Assembly: GCA_951406725.2 (NCBI GenBank)
Contig: OX597830.1
Location: 25,854,001-25,918,000 of the forward strand
Source of the DNA: Octopus vulgaris
Lineage: Eukaryota
Reading direction: 5' to 3'
DNA length: 64,000 bases
The notes below the pieces were generated by a model. It was not told the DNA's origin and did no database searches. It saw only the letters and a list, made by a program, of their open reading frames with translations. Both the position numbers and the translations under genes were made by a program. This document shows positions 1 through 12,701 of the stretch, one piece after another; position 1 is the first letter of the stretch, and the number at the start of each line of letters is the position of its first letter.

Positions 1-57
1 TATTATTATTATTATTATTATTATTATCATCATCATCATAATCATCATAATCATCAT

Positions 58-90
<33 letters not shown>

Positions 91-107
91 TATTATTATT
101 ATCATTA

Positions 108-168
<61 letters not shown>

Positions 169-183
169 TTTTTTATTATTATT
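1..183. repeat. (TAT)n/(CAT)n microsatellite
   Basis: Direct trinucleotide tandem repeats. Confidence 0.98.
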
Positions 184-492
184 TATGCTGAGAGGAAATG
201 AAATAGGTTCAGAAAGAAGATGGAGTAAAATACATACTTTAATCAGTCTCCTTTGGAAATGTCATTCAGACAACAAAAAGTGCTGTTTGTATTATATTTC
301 CGGTCTGGTTTTGTGTAATAGACAATGTGGCTCTTGTCTGAATACGAGGCTAACCGGCGTGACGTTACAAAATACGTCATTTTTAGCGCAGTGAAGTTGT
401 TACTGTTGCTTCAGTTACTGCTGCTGTTGCTGGGTTAATATAGTTTCTGGTGTCGCTTTGAATGTTGTAAGTTTATTGCTGTTTGGCCCCAA

Positions 493-640
493 GGAGAAGG
501 CGCATGACCTAGTGGTCAGAATATTCGGTTCATGATCGTTAGATCGGATGTTCAATTCCTGGACTATGTAGCGCCTTGCGTCCTTGAGCAAGGCACTTCA
601 TTAAACGTCGTTTCTCCAATTTATTCAGCCGTAAATGCAC
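493..640 (+). mobile_element. tRNA-derived SINE, family S4 (degenerate 5' part)
   Basis: A-box-like tgacctagtgg, B-box-like gttcaattcc, then ccttgagcaaggcactt; similar to copies at 28612 and 42008. Confidence 0.6.
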
Positions 641-721
641 ACCGGCCGGTTGCTGGAGATATACTTGCATAGCAAGTGACCTGATATGAGATCGTGTGCT
701 GGAACGAAAACAATTGCAGCG

Positions 722-972
722 TGGAAGGTGTTTATAAGCCATTTAAGAAACAAACAAAAACCGTTAGATTCACTTCAACATTTAAATTTAATTTGTCAAA
801 ATATTTTCGTCGCTTTGAACCCGTGAACTGTTCACTGACGCAACACGAAGTTTTGTCAGTGAACAGGTCGCGGTCTCAAAGCGACGAAAATATTTTGACA
901 AATTGAATTTATATGTTGAAGTGAATCTAACGGCTTTTGTGTGTTTCTTAAATGGCTTATAAACACCTTCCA
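722..972. repeat. ~250 bp imperfect palindrome carrying two divergent hammerhead-like motifs (probable Penelope-like inverted terminus)
   Basis: Arm 722-839 is the reverse complement of arm 855-972; the ORFs 694..906(+) and 788..973(-) are near-identical for this reason. Confidence 0.85.
852..902 (+). ncRNA. Minimal type I hammerhead ribozyme motif, G3:C8 core variant
   Basis: tttgtca-GTGAACA-g-gtcgc[ggtctcaaa]gcgac-GAAA-atat-TT-tgacaaa: 7 bp stem I, 5 bp stem II, palindromic helix III (aatatt). A second copy lies on the minus strand at 792-839. Confidence 0.6.
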
Positions 973-1380
973 TGGTTAGGTTATCATGTCATGAATTTGT
1001 TCCACCTTTTGCATTCATCCATCAAACGAAAGAAAACGGTCCTCAACAAACTTAGTTGGTGTTACATGTATTATTTAAAACAGTTTGATTCAGTTCCCTG
1101 CGACTTGAAGTTTCGCAGGTCCCTAACAGAAGAGATAAGCGAACCGGATCAAAGAGTCCTCAAGCTGAAACCGTCGACTGTACAGGGATATTACGACTGC
1201 AATTTTCGGCCGTTTATGGTTGCTGTCAGTGTGTATGAATACAATTACGTACGTTTACTGCAACATCAGAGCACTTTAGCTTTTATTTCTAGCATTGTAG
1301 GTGTTCTAACAATCTCTGTCACATTGAATGACAATTATAGTTTTTCTTTTTGAGGATACATTGCTAAACAGCTGCCTGTT

Positions 1381-1556
1381 ACCGTTGGCGATTTTTTTCC
1401 TCCGTCTTCTCTTCCTTAAGTCTTTCCTTTTCCTATGTTTCTAACGAAAAGCTCCGCTCGAAACGTTAAATCCTCCTTCTTTCCTTCCTTTCCTGAGCGT
1501 CCAATAACACTATACTTGTTCCACGTCCTCGCGTTGTTGTGTTTTCATGTTTGGAT

Positions 1557-1560
<4 letters not shown>
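1381..1560 (+). mobile_element. Short hammerhead-bearing element, family A (Penelope-like terminus), ending on (TA)n
   Basis: ttt-CTAACGA-aaagctccgctc-GAAA-cg-TT-aaa at 1438-1470; reverse-complement homologue at 2720-2935. Confidence 0.65.
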
Positions 1561-1610
<50 letters not shown>

Positions 1611-1611
<1 letters not shown>

Positions 1612-1800
1612 ATAATCAACAAAATGGAGAAAAAAGACAAGAAAAATAACAACGCGAGGACGTGATACATGCAAAGTATTAATAAGGCGCTCAGGGAAGG
1701 GAAGAAATGGTGTTTTGCGTTTCGAGCAAATATCTTCTTCAGAAACAGGAGAGAGGAAAGTCTAAAAGAAAAGGAAGGCGGAGGAAAAAAATCGTCAACA
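1611..1800 (-). mobile_element. Family A-related hammerhead-bearing element, tail-to-tail with 1381-1560 across (TA)n(TG)n
   Basis: Minus strand gttt-CTGAAGA-agatatttgctc-GAAA-cg-CA-aaac (1712-1746); shares cctgagcg and acgtcctcgcgttgtt with family A. Confidence 0.6.
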
Positions 1801-1826
1801 ATGCAGGTATATTTTGGAATATATAT

Positions 1827-2044
1827 ATATAATATTAATTAGAGACAAAACCACTATTATGCAAATCAAACAAAGAAAGACTTAATCCAATACATAAAAA
1901 ATTTTATATAAATTAAATATAATTAAGATTAATCTTAATTAATCTTAATTATATTTAATTTATATAAATTTTTTATGTATTGGATTAAGTCTTTCTTTGT
2001 TTTGATTTGCATAATAGTGGTTTTGTCTCTAATTAATATTATAT
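1827..2044. repeat. ~215 bp near-perfect AT-rich palindrome next to (TA)n
   Basis: Arms of ~100 bp (aatattaattagagacaaaacc... / ...ggttttgtctctaattaatatt); centre aattaagatt|aatcttaatt with a 10 bp tandem duplication. Confidence 0.9.
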
Positions 2045-2120
2045 TATATTTTACTATAAAATTGGATTCAATCATAAATCTGATTTTTCCCTGTAAATTT
2101 GGATTTATTCCCTAATATTT

Positions 2121-2206
<86 letters not shown>

Positions 2207-2581
2207 CATACATACATACATACATACATACATACATACATACATACATGTTTTAAATATGTTTGGCAGTTTGTAGGTGGGTTTTGTTTCTTAAGATGAC
2301 ATGACCTGAGAGGAAGGAGAGGTCCGAAACTTACTGCAGCAACGAAGTGTGTCCCACGCATGCTCGGACAGTCTTTCATTTATAATAATTTTGTTTCGTT
2401 ATAATGTCACAGTCGTTAGAGCATCGCAGAGAATGTTTCGTGGAGTTTATTCTGATTCTCTGCTTTGTCAGTTCAAATTCCTTTGGAGTCAACTTTGCCT
2501 TTTATCTTCTCGGGATAAAAGGCGATGGGTTAGCAGAACTGTAAGAATGTCCAACTCGTTGTCTTGTGGTGTTTGTTCTAA

Positions 2582-2935
<354 letters not shown>

Positions 2936-3034
2936 TGACCAACCTGTTATGGTGTGTAGTTTGAAGTTACATGTTGTTTATAGTTTATTAAAGCCATGAA
3001 AACTGGCTTAAGTTCCGGTTTTATGTGTGCTAGG

Positions 3035-3479
3035 CAAACCTGGGCTCCAAATTGTTAATCCGCTAATCAATATTTAACGAAGTTAATATTTTCGCTAACG
3101 ATTTAACTCTTAAGTTAACTTTAGAAATCATTATCGGACTGATTAACTTCCGTTAAATCAAGTCAACTTGAGTTAGCTTCCGTTAACTTCAATTCAGTTG
3201 AAGTTAACAGATTTCACAGTTTTGGCATTTTTAAAAAGCGTTTTTAGAGCAAAAACTGATGTTTTTCTATAATAAAAATTACCGTTAACGGTTTAGCGAT
3301 AACTTCTGTTACATTTTTAAAGAGGAGTGACTGTGTAGTAAGTAGCTTGCTTACCAACCACATGGTTCTGGGTTCAGTCCCAACTGCGTGGCACCTTGGG
3401 CAAGTGTCTTCTACTATAGCCTGGGGCCGACCAAAGCCTTGTGAGTGAATTTGTTAGTCGGAAACTTAAAGAAGCCCGT

Positions 3480-3577
<98 letters not shown>

Positions 3578-3894
3578 TGTGTGTATATGTTTGTGTGTCT
3601 GTGTTTGTCCCCTCAACATCGCTTGACAACCGATGGTCGCGTGTTTACGTCCCCGTAAATTAGCGCTTCGGCAAAAAGAGACCGATAGAATAAGTACGAG
3701 GCTTACAAAGAATAAGTCCTGGGGTCGATTTGCTCGACTAAAGGCGGTACTCCAGCATGGCCACAGTCAAATGACTGAAACAAGTAAATGAGTAAAAGAG
3801 TAATTAACTGATTAATGATTATCGAAGTTAACGTTTTGGTTAACGGATTAACGGTTAACGAAGTTAACTTCTCGATTAACGGTGCCCACCTTTG
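3035..3894. mobile_element. Non-autonomous hAT-type DNA transposon with GTTAAC-rich subterminal repeats, interrupted by a SINE
   Basis: Perfect 8 bp TSD gtgctagg (3027-3034 and 3895-3902); imperfect TIR caaacctgggc / gcccacctttg; many gttaac/ttaac motifs. Confidence 0.85.
3320..3800 (+). mobile_element. tRNA-derived SINE, family S1 (internal (TA)n(TG)n microsatellite, tail ccagcatggcc...tgaaacaagtaaaaga)
   Basis: A/B-box head, ccttgggcaagt core, conserved tail; more than 12 copies or fragments in the window. Confidence 0.9.
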
Positions 3895-4716
3895 GTGCTA
3901 GGACACATTATAATTCTGAGACTATACTTTTCCGTGGTTTGTTGTTGTAGTTGTTGTTGTAATTGCCTCTATTGCTTTATTGTAGTTTGTGTTACTGTTG
4001 TTCCCGTTGTTTTTGTTGTTTTTTTACAATTGATGTTACATGATTCTCGTGGTCGTTGTCGTGGTTGTTCTTTTCGTTGCTATTTATTTTTTCCCCCCAC
4101 TTGTTGTTAAAATAGCTGCTTGGCACGTTTGAAGTCGCTGTTGCGGTTGTTTAACCCCAGGTCATACTCGACCAAGCAAATCTATGATCAAAGGCATTCA
4201 AATTTATTTCGAAATATGCAGAACTAATCCAATAATCACATCAACGGTTTTTCTTTTTTTCTTTATTCCCCCCTCCCGCCCACTTAATACTGCGGTCTGT
4301 GATTTGAGAGAGAGAGAGAGATTCGGTTGCTGTATACAACAAATCAGAAAACCATTTAAAACACTTATTCTGAAATTGTTTTCGACTACCGCATCTTTTC
4401 TTTTACTAACCCAGTTTCAATGATCCTTTGTCACAATTCTTCCCATTCTCTTTTTTAAGTATATACACGTAATATTAGGCTAGAGGTATCAAATTTCGGG
4501 TACTAGTCCGACACTTGAAACTATAAACCACACATACCACAATACCACTCTACTATATGTGAATTTTCGACACATCACTGCTTGACCTTAGATTTTCACT
4601 CGACCTTTAGCACTTGACTTCGACCAAACTCAGGGAATTATTCTTTGTGTTTTATATACACACCCGCTGCTGTCAATTGAAGTTTATCTTTATATCTCGA
4701 TTTATAATTATTGTTG

Positions 4717-4747
<31 letters not shown>

Positions 4748-4774
4748 CATCATCATCATCATTATTAATATTGC

Positions 4775-5582
4775 ACTCACAACTTTCTGCCAGTCAGGCA
4801 ACGTGACCGGTGGCAGTTCAACTATGGAGTTCTATAGAGGATTTATGATGGGAAAGAGCTACGATGTCCTCGGGAGGTATCAGTTAACTGGTCTTTTCGA
4901 GAGGGCTTTTGGGCCAGGGCCTATGGGTAACTTCCAGAAATCTCTGACCTGGCAGTGATACCAGGGAGTTCTGCTGGTTCAAGACAAGCTCTACAGACGC
5001 GGAAGTGCTGTCAGACGGACCTATTAGAGGTGTGCGCAGGGCAACGAAACCCTGCTGCATGCATTCGTCCAGTGTCCGTGCATTACTGACTTGTGGGGCT
5101 TTGTCGAACAGCTGTTGTCGCGAGTAGAACGGATCCGGTTATCAACCGAGTCCTTCGTGAAGATAGCCCCGTCCCTTTCCTTTAGCCGGGAAGGAAAGGC
5201 AGTTTTCCTGTCTGGTGGTTACGGGCGAATGAGGTAGTGCAGTGGATGAGATTGAAAGGACTAAAGACAGAAACTTTCCTCTTTGACCAAGACATTGATC
5301 AACTTTTTCAGGTTTTACTTGAAAAAGAAAGTGAGGATAGAGAGGGAGGTTTTGCCTCCCAGAGACGGGCCTGCTGAAGTGCACATAACAGTTGGTGTAA
5401 CCAGGATGTGTTAGGTTTTGCAGTCGTCCCTGTGCAGAACTCCCCTCTTTTTGGAAATTTTTATTGTTTAATTGTATTGTTGTTTTTGTTATTTATTGTG
5501 TACTCGATATTGTTCCAAACTTCATTTGTCCCTTGTGATGTATTGTCGCTATTTGTTTTGTGTTCGGCCCTTATGGCCAATA
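4775..5582 (+). mobile_element. 5'-truncated Tx1/L1-like LINE, ORF2 C-terminal zinc finger plus 3' UTR
   Basis: Translation NFQKSLTWQ*YQGVLLVQDKL...RCAQGNETLLHAFVQCP..DLWGFVE resembles the zf-RVT C..C...ET..H.F..C motif; ends in aataa running into (AAT)n. Confidence 0.75.
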
Positions 5583-5640
<58 letters not shown>

Positions 5641-5655
5641 GTAATAATAATAATA

Positions 5656-5710
<55 letters not shown>

Positions 5711-5715
5711 TAATA

Positions 5716-6092
5716 GTCTTGAGAAAGAAAACAAACTATGCTGGATCATAGTCATAGCATGCCCAGCTGACAACAAGATATGTGATAAGGAAGAAAGAAA
5801 CGTTGAGAGTTATGGCAGGTTAGCTTGGGAAGATAAGCGGTTGTGGTCGATGAAAAAGGTAGCAGTAGTACCAATAATTGTCGGAGCTCTGGGAACAGTG
5901 AGCAAAAATCTCTAGAAGTACGTGGAATAAATAGGGGCTGCAATAAGGGTGGAGCACTTGCAGAAAACAGCACTGCTTGGAACCGCTGGAGTACGCCGGA
6001 AGGTGTTCGAAAAATAAGGAGTTAACTTAGTTCACTGGTAGTGAAAAGCTGACACCGTAGTACATCTCCAGCGTTAGAAGCTGTGCAAAGGC
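5716..6092 (+). mobile_element. R4/Dong-like non-LTR 3' fragment (REL endonuclease end)
   Basis: IACPADNKI...RLW...VVPIIVGALGTV...LQKTALLGTA; (AAT)n on both sides. Confidence 0.85.
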
Positions 6093-6146
<54 letters not shown>

Positions 6147-6147
<1 letters not shown>

Positions 6148-7274
6148 TCAAAACATGAAAACAAGAAAGCATCATACTCAGTAACAAAACAGGCAAAGGA
6201 ATATCTAAGTGAATTCCGAATACAACAAATTTCGGAATTAGAGATAGACGTACAAGAAACAAGCACAGAAAAAGCTAGGCGCGTGAAAACCCGTGCCAAA
6301 ACTGCGGCATTAGATACTCTGAATAATAAATGGCAAGAAAAACTTCTCTATGGCAAATAGCCAAAGAGAGCGAATAATGCAGATATTGACAAAGCCCTGA
6401 CCCATCAATGGCTAATGGCCTCTGGCTTAAAATCTGAAACAGAAGGGTTTATCATAGCAGCTCAAGATAAATGCCTACCAACAAGAAACTATCAGGCCAA
6501 CATTAAAGAACGGCAGTAGCCCAACATGTCGTGTATGCCGACAACAAAATGAAACCATTAATCATGTTGTCTCCAAATGCAGTCTTCTAGCGCCTACAGA
6601 CATGATAGAGCTGCACAATATATTCTCTGGGTAATTTGCAAAAACCTGGATTTGCCCCATGAAAAAAACCGGTGGGAACACAATCCACCTCCAGTGCTTG
6701 AAAATGACCACATCTCACTCCTCTGGAACTTCACCATTCAAACTGACAGGAAGATAAATGCAAATAGGCCAGACATCATATTGAAAGACTCCAGACAAAG
6801 AACATGCCTCCTCATTGATATGACTGTCCCAATCGATATAAATGTATCTGTCAAGACCTACCAAAAACTGAGCAAATATAAAGATCTTGAAATAGAAATC
6901 AGCAAAATGTGGAAGCTGAAGACTAAAACAATACCTGTTGTCATAGGTGCCCTGGGAATGATAGCGAAAGGGGCTGATTGCTACCTAACTCAGATACCAG
7001 GAAACCCCAAAATGGCAGAAATTCAAAAGATAGTGCTCATGGGAACTGCTCATATCCTACGCAAAATACTTTCTATGTAATCCCAATGTTTAAAACGAAC
7101 TTTTTTTTTCTAATTTATTTATTAGACATTCACTAGTACAACACCAAACCCCCCCCCCAGATATATGGCACACTAGGCATAACAACAACGTGAACGTCCA
7201 ACCTGTTGTCTCTTGAGGTCTCTGGGTGAGACTTGGAGCCAACTTATACAGACATAAAGCAAAAGTAAAACATA

Positions 7275-7275
<1 letters not shown>
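6147..7275 (+). mobile_element. R4/Dong-like non-LTR 3' fragment (CCHC plus REL endonuclease)
   Basis: LKSETEGFIIAAQD, CRVC..ET..H, RHD, RPDI, IDMTVP, KYKDL, PVVIGALG, GTAHILRK in and around ORF 6577..7080; (AAT)n flanks. Confidence 0.9.
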
Positions 7276-7355
<80 letters not shown>

Positions 7356-7384
7356 GTAGTAGTAGTAGTAGTAGTAGTAGTATT

Positions 7385-7600
7385 AAGATGGCGAGCTGGC
7401 AGAATCGTCAGCACGCCGGGCAAAATGTTTAGCGGCATTTCGTCCGTCTTTACGTTCTGATATCAAATATCACCGAGGTCACCTTTGCCTGTCTTCCTTT
7501 CAGGGTCGATACATTAAATAGCAATGAAACACCGGGGTCGATGAAATCGACTAGACCTCTCCCACCAAATTTCAGGCCTTGTGCCTTTAGTAGAAAGGAT
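7385..7600 (+). mobile_element. tRNA-derived SINE, family S2 (head ggcgagctggcagaatcg; core gcctttcatcctttcggggtcgata)
   Basis: Repeated more than 10 times in the window, usually next to (ATT)n. The core resembles the Meta-SINE domain from memory (unverified). Confidence 0.85.
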
Positions 7601-7649
7601 TATTATAATTATTCTCGTTGTGATTGTGGCTAACACGTACTTTATCATA

Positions 7650-7862
7650 ATGTTACATTTAAAATATCGCATTAAATTTTCTCCAGATCACTTAAAATAC
7701 TTCAGATTTTCACCAAATACTTTTTTTAAAAAAATGTAGTTTTGCATGCTGTTGACGAATATTGCATTCCTTCAAATACAAAAATAAATAATAAAGAAGT
7801 TGTTTTGAAATACATCTTGGAGAAAAAAATTCACCGCGGAGAAACTTTTTGAACACCCTGTA
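7650..7862. mobile_element. Tc1/mariner-type terminal fragment
   Basis: Ends ttttgaacaccctg|ta, a typical Tc1-like TIR end with TA. Confidence 0.4.
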
Positions 7863-8311
7863 TATCTTAATCTCCCTCCCCTTCTGCCTTCTAAACTTGA
7901 CCTTTCGCTAATCCTCTTTTTGACCCCGTGACTTTTGTTTTCCCGATTCTCTCCCTTTCATGCATACCCAGTAGAAGGAAAGGAGTTAATTACATTGTGA
8001 ATAGAGAATAAACTCACCGGTATTTGTGTAAAAATTCAGGGTAGATGTTTAGTACGTTTTTGGTTAATTACTTATGATAAATGCATTTAAATGGATTAGT
8101 TGAATACAATGAATGTGTTTATCATTGAATAAATAGTAAAAGGCTGCTCCAGCATGGCCGCAGTCAAAGGACTGAAACAAATAAAAGAATAGAATAAAAG
8201 AATTACATAGATATACGCACACACTCATGTATGTACTCTTACATATATATATATACATACACACAAATACGTATATACACGTTTCATTGTATATCTGTAT
8301 GTGTGTATGTA

Positions 8312-8362
<51 letters not shown>

Positions 8363-8368
<6 letters not shown>

Positions 8369-8622
8369 ATTGAAGAAATGGAGTTGAACGAAGATAACAC
8401 GTGTAGAATGCAATAAAACGATTTCTGTTCAATCTTCGTTCAACTCCATTTCTTCAATTCACTAATAATATTAAAATTCAATTATCCGCACCAACGCATG
8501 GTTGCAACACCATATGGTTGTACCTCCAACCGTGCTGTCTTCTGCAGTGATTTTTGCTACCAAGGTATCGGTTAAACTTTTGATTAATCTGCAATAAGTT
8601 TATTCATCTTTCTATTTCACAA
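8363..8622. mobile_element. Unclassified insert between two (TA)n tracts with a 33 bp terminal inverted duplication
   Basis: 8363-8395 is the reverse complement of 8432-8464. Confidence 0.6.
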
Positions 8623-8695
8623 TATATATATATATATATATATATACATACATACATACATATATATATACATATACATATACATACATACATAT

Positions 8696-8726
<31 letters not shown>

Positions 8727-8727
8727 C

Positions 8728-8780
<53 letters not shown>

Positions 8781-8966
8781 TATACAGGTAGTCAGAAATT
8801 TCGGGTAATTATTTACTTAGCGCTGTCATCTCCTTTCAGAGATTCGTTAGGATTTGAAACGAGATGAAAGCGCTAATTAAATCATTATTCAAAATTCTGA
8901 CTAACTCCTTTTTCTTAATATGTATAAAATCTGTACAGCACTTCGAACAATCTACACATACACGCG

Positions 8967-9091
<125 letters not shown>

Positions 9092-9292
9092 ACGCACACA
9101 CACACACACACATACACAAGGACATTTATAAACCTATAATGTACACTTTCTTTCCAGTATTCAGCTCAGTAAATCTCATGTCTGTTTTCAACAAATACAA
9201 AATTAATGGAAGTATTATGGTACCATTGCAGCTATTTAACGTTAATGCGCAAGTCAGGGTGACGGACGGAGAAAGAAAAAGAGGACGAGTGC

Positions 9293-9357
<65 letters not shown>

Positions 9358-9424
9358 TGACAGAGTGACAGACGTAGTTAGGAAGAGGAGGCATTCGGCC
9401 AATTGTATTAATAGAAGATATATA

Positions 9425-9823
9425 CTCTTTTACTCTTTTACTTGTTTCAGTCATTTGACTGCGGCTATGCTGGAGCACCGCCTTTAATCGAGCAAATCGA
9501 CCCCGGGACTTATTCTTTTGTAAGCCCAGTACTTATTCTATCGGTCTCTTTTGCCGAACTGCTAAGTAACGGGGACATAAACACACCAGCAACGGTTGTC
9601 AAGCAATGCTAGGGGGACAAACACACACACACAAATACACATATATACATACATATATACGACGGGCTTCCTTCAGTTTCCGTCTACCAAATCCACTCAC
9701 AAGGCTTTAGTCGGCCCGAGACTATAGTAGAAGACACTTGCCCAAGATGCCACGCAGTGGGACTGAACCCGGAACCATGTGGTTGGTAAACAAGCTACTT
9801 ACCACACAGCCACTCCTGTGCCT
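9425..9823 (-). mobile_element. SINE S1, full length
   Basis: Complete reverse complement of the S1 head, core and tail. Confidence 0.9.
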
Positions 9824-10036
9824 ATATATATATATATTAGCAACAGAGGCAACTGTAACACTGAGATATATTATTTATCTTCACTTAACAATGATGTTCA
9901 GTTAGAACAAACTATACTGTGGTAGATAGCGTGAGAGAAATTCTCAAATAGGCATTTAGTGCAAAATACTCCCTTGTTTATATCGCTTGTGGAAAGATAA
10001 ATTCCCGCCATCATGCTATTAATTTATTCTCGCTTT

Positions 10037-10990
10037 AAGGCGGTGAGCTGGCGGAATCGTTAGCACGCTGGACGAAATGCTTAGCGGTATTTCGCCCGTC
10101 ACTACGTTTAGTAATGCGTTTTGTGGGTTTGTTTTGATTTGCTATATTCACAGGCAGAAACGTTAGCACGCAGGGCGAAATGCGTAGCCGTATTTCGTCT
10201 GCCGTTACGTTCTGAGTTCAAATTCCGCCGAGGTCGACTTTGCCTTGCATCTTTTCGAGGTCGATAAATTAAGTACCAGTTACGCACTGCGGTCAATATA
10301 ATCGACTTAATCCGTTTGTCTGTCCTTGTTTGTCCTCTCTGTGTTTAGCTCCTTGTTGGCAGTAAAGAAATAGGTATTTCGCCCGTCACTACGTTTAGTA
10401 ATGTGTTTTGTGGGTTTGTTTTGATTTGCTATATTCACAGGCAGAAACGTTAGCACGCAGGGCGAAATGCGTAGCCGTATTTCGTCTGCCGTTACGTTCT
10501 GAGTTCAAATTCCGCCGAGGTCGACTTTGCCTTGCATCTTTTCGGGGTCGATAAATTAAGTACCAGTTACGCACTGCGGTCAATATAATCGACTTAATCC
10601 GTTTGTCTGTCCTTGTTTGTCCTCTCTGTGTTTAGCCCCTTGTGGGTAGTAAAGAAATAGGTATTTCGCCCGTCGCTACGTTCTGAGTTCAAATTCCGCC
10701 GAGGTCGACTTTGCCTTGCATCTTTTCGGGGTGGATAAATTAAGGACCCGTTACGTACTCGGGTCGATCTAATCGACTGGTCCCCTCTCCGAAAATTTCG
10801 GGCTTTGTGCCAAGAGTAGAAAAAGTATTTCGCCCGGCGCTACGTTCTAGGTTCAAATTCCACCGAGGTCGACTTTACTTTTCATCCTTTGCTGGGTCGA
10901 TAAATAAAGTACCAGTGCGTACTGGGTCGATCTAATTGACATGTCACCCTGCACCACAATTTCAGGCCTTGTGCCTATAGTAGAAAGGAT
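10037..10990 (+). repeat. Tandem/composite array of SINE S2 units, including a 287 bp near-perfect duplication
   Basis: ORFs 10108..10296 and 10395..10583 are identical and offset by 287 bp; four copies of the ttcaaattcc(g/a)ccgaggtcgac core. Confidence 0.9.
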
Positions 10991-11558
10991 TAATTTAATT
11001 TCGCGTTGAAATTTGACCTCATGTGGGTTAGATAACAAATCATGATGATTGATACATCTCCCTCTCTCGCTCTCTTTCTCTCTCATTCTTACTCTCCCCC
11101 TCTCTCTCTCTCTCTCTTTGTTCCAAGATATTGGGATTCACTAAAAGTAAGTTGTTATATTAACGAGACTCGATACATTTCCAGTTGACACTATTTGTTT
11201 GTTTACCGTATATTACAATGGCGGACAGCGTTTTCTCTATCTCTTCTTTGAGTCCGTTTCTTGTTTCACCACACAGCGGTTCATCAATAAGCAACGTAAG
11301 GTACACCTAATTTCTAATTATACACTACCATAGTTGATGCAGCGTCTATCCCTCTCTTTTCTCTCAATCCACCCCAACCCTCGACATGCGCATCAAAGTC
11401 AAATAGCTATCATGATACTTTCCCAATTTCTGTATTTCGTTGAAACACTGATAAGCCGTTTAGTTTGTTTCACGCTGAGTAGAAACAGAAATACTTTTTT
11501 TTCCATGAGAAGAAGTTACTTTTCCTTCTCTTAAATATTTTCTAATTCCGGGAAAAAG

Positions 11559-11630
11559 GACGCTGCGAGTGGAAATGTTAACAGTCCGTGAGGTGAACAT
11601 AGATTCGAAAGTCAACGAAACACTCATCAG
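11559..11630 (+). CDS. Candidate 72 bp internal exon (TLRVEMLTVREVNIDSKVNETLI)
   Basis: AG|...|GT boundaries, phase 2-2, splices in frame to 11852; the acceptor is weak and no homology was recognised. Confidence 0.2.
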
Positions 11631-11851
11631 GTTATACAATGTTCCTACCGCCTATAGAAATGGACTGTATTTTATTATTATTATTTACTTCTATTTTCTG
11701 TTTTGGAAGAAAGGAAAAGAAGGAAAGATTGGATATTGAAAATACTGCTGATCTTGAAATTGTTGTTGTCGTTGTTGGCCAAGATTTTGTTGTTGTTGTT
11801 GTTGCTGTTGTTGTTGTTGTTATTGTCGTATCTATTTTAGCTTTATTCTAG

Positions 11852-12701
11852 TCTGCGTCTGATGAAACCTGATGAATATAAGATAGCAGATGACTCAACA
11901 ACACCAGACATGTTGTCAGATAAACATCACCACCACCATCACAACCACCACCACCACAACCACCACCACCACAACCACCACCACCACCACAACCCCCACC
12001 ACCCTCACCAACACCACCATCAGCACCGCCACCATCAGCTCTACCAGCACTACGATCGCCACCAGCACCAGCACCAGCACCGCCACCCCACCTCCATCAG
12101 CAACAACATCAATAACAACCAGTACCACCACCACCACCACCACCGCAACCGCAACCACAACCAGCTCCTCCAACAACCCCAGCACTACCACCAGAACCAC
12201 TTAGCGGCAGCAGCAGTAACAGCAGCGGCAACAGAAATACCGCCACCACAACCACCATCACCATTATTGCACCACCACCATTATTGCACCACAAGTACCA
12301 TCACAACCACAACCACCTTCAACAGCACCATTATCACCACCACCAGCACCATTACGACGACGATGACGATGACGACGACGACCACCACCACCACCACCAC
12401 CGACAACAAAAATATTACAACCATCGGCCCCAAGCAAGAGATAAACCACCAAGCCACCTATGCCAACACTGCAACGATAACCATACAAAACCTCTCAGCG
12501 CTGGTGCAACTACTACCATTACACCACCACAATCAACGCCACCAACACCACCACCAAATTCATAACCACAAGTATCACCACCACCACCACCACCACCACC
12601 ACCACCACCACCACCACCAAGTTCCGCATCCTCCTCCTCCTCATCATCATCAGCATCATATCCATCACCGTAATGATAAGGGAAACAACGGCCTTAGGTG
12701 A
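11852..12701 (+). CDS. Candidate terminal exon, His/Thr/Ala/Pro low-complexity tail
   Basis: Acceptor tttattctag|; unique N-terminal LRLMKPDEYKIADDS, then (CAC)n-derived ORF to stop 12701. The open frame may simply reflect stop-free repeats. Confidence 0.25.

Noticed and set aside
2300-2335. gacct...aggtc-cgaaac as a hammerhead
   Set aside because: No recognisable NUGANNA core or stem I.
11595-11635. CTGATGAG on the minus strand as a hammerhead
   Set aside because: No stem II pairing and no GAAA at the right position.
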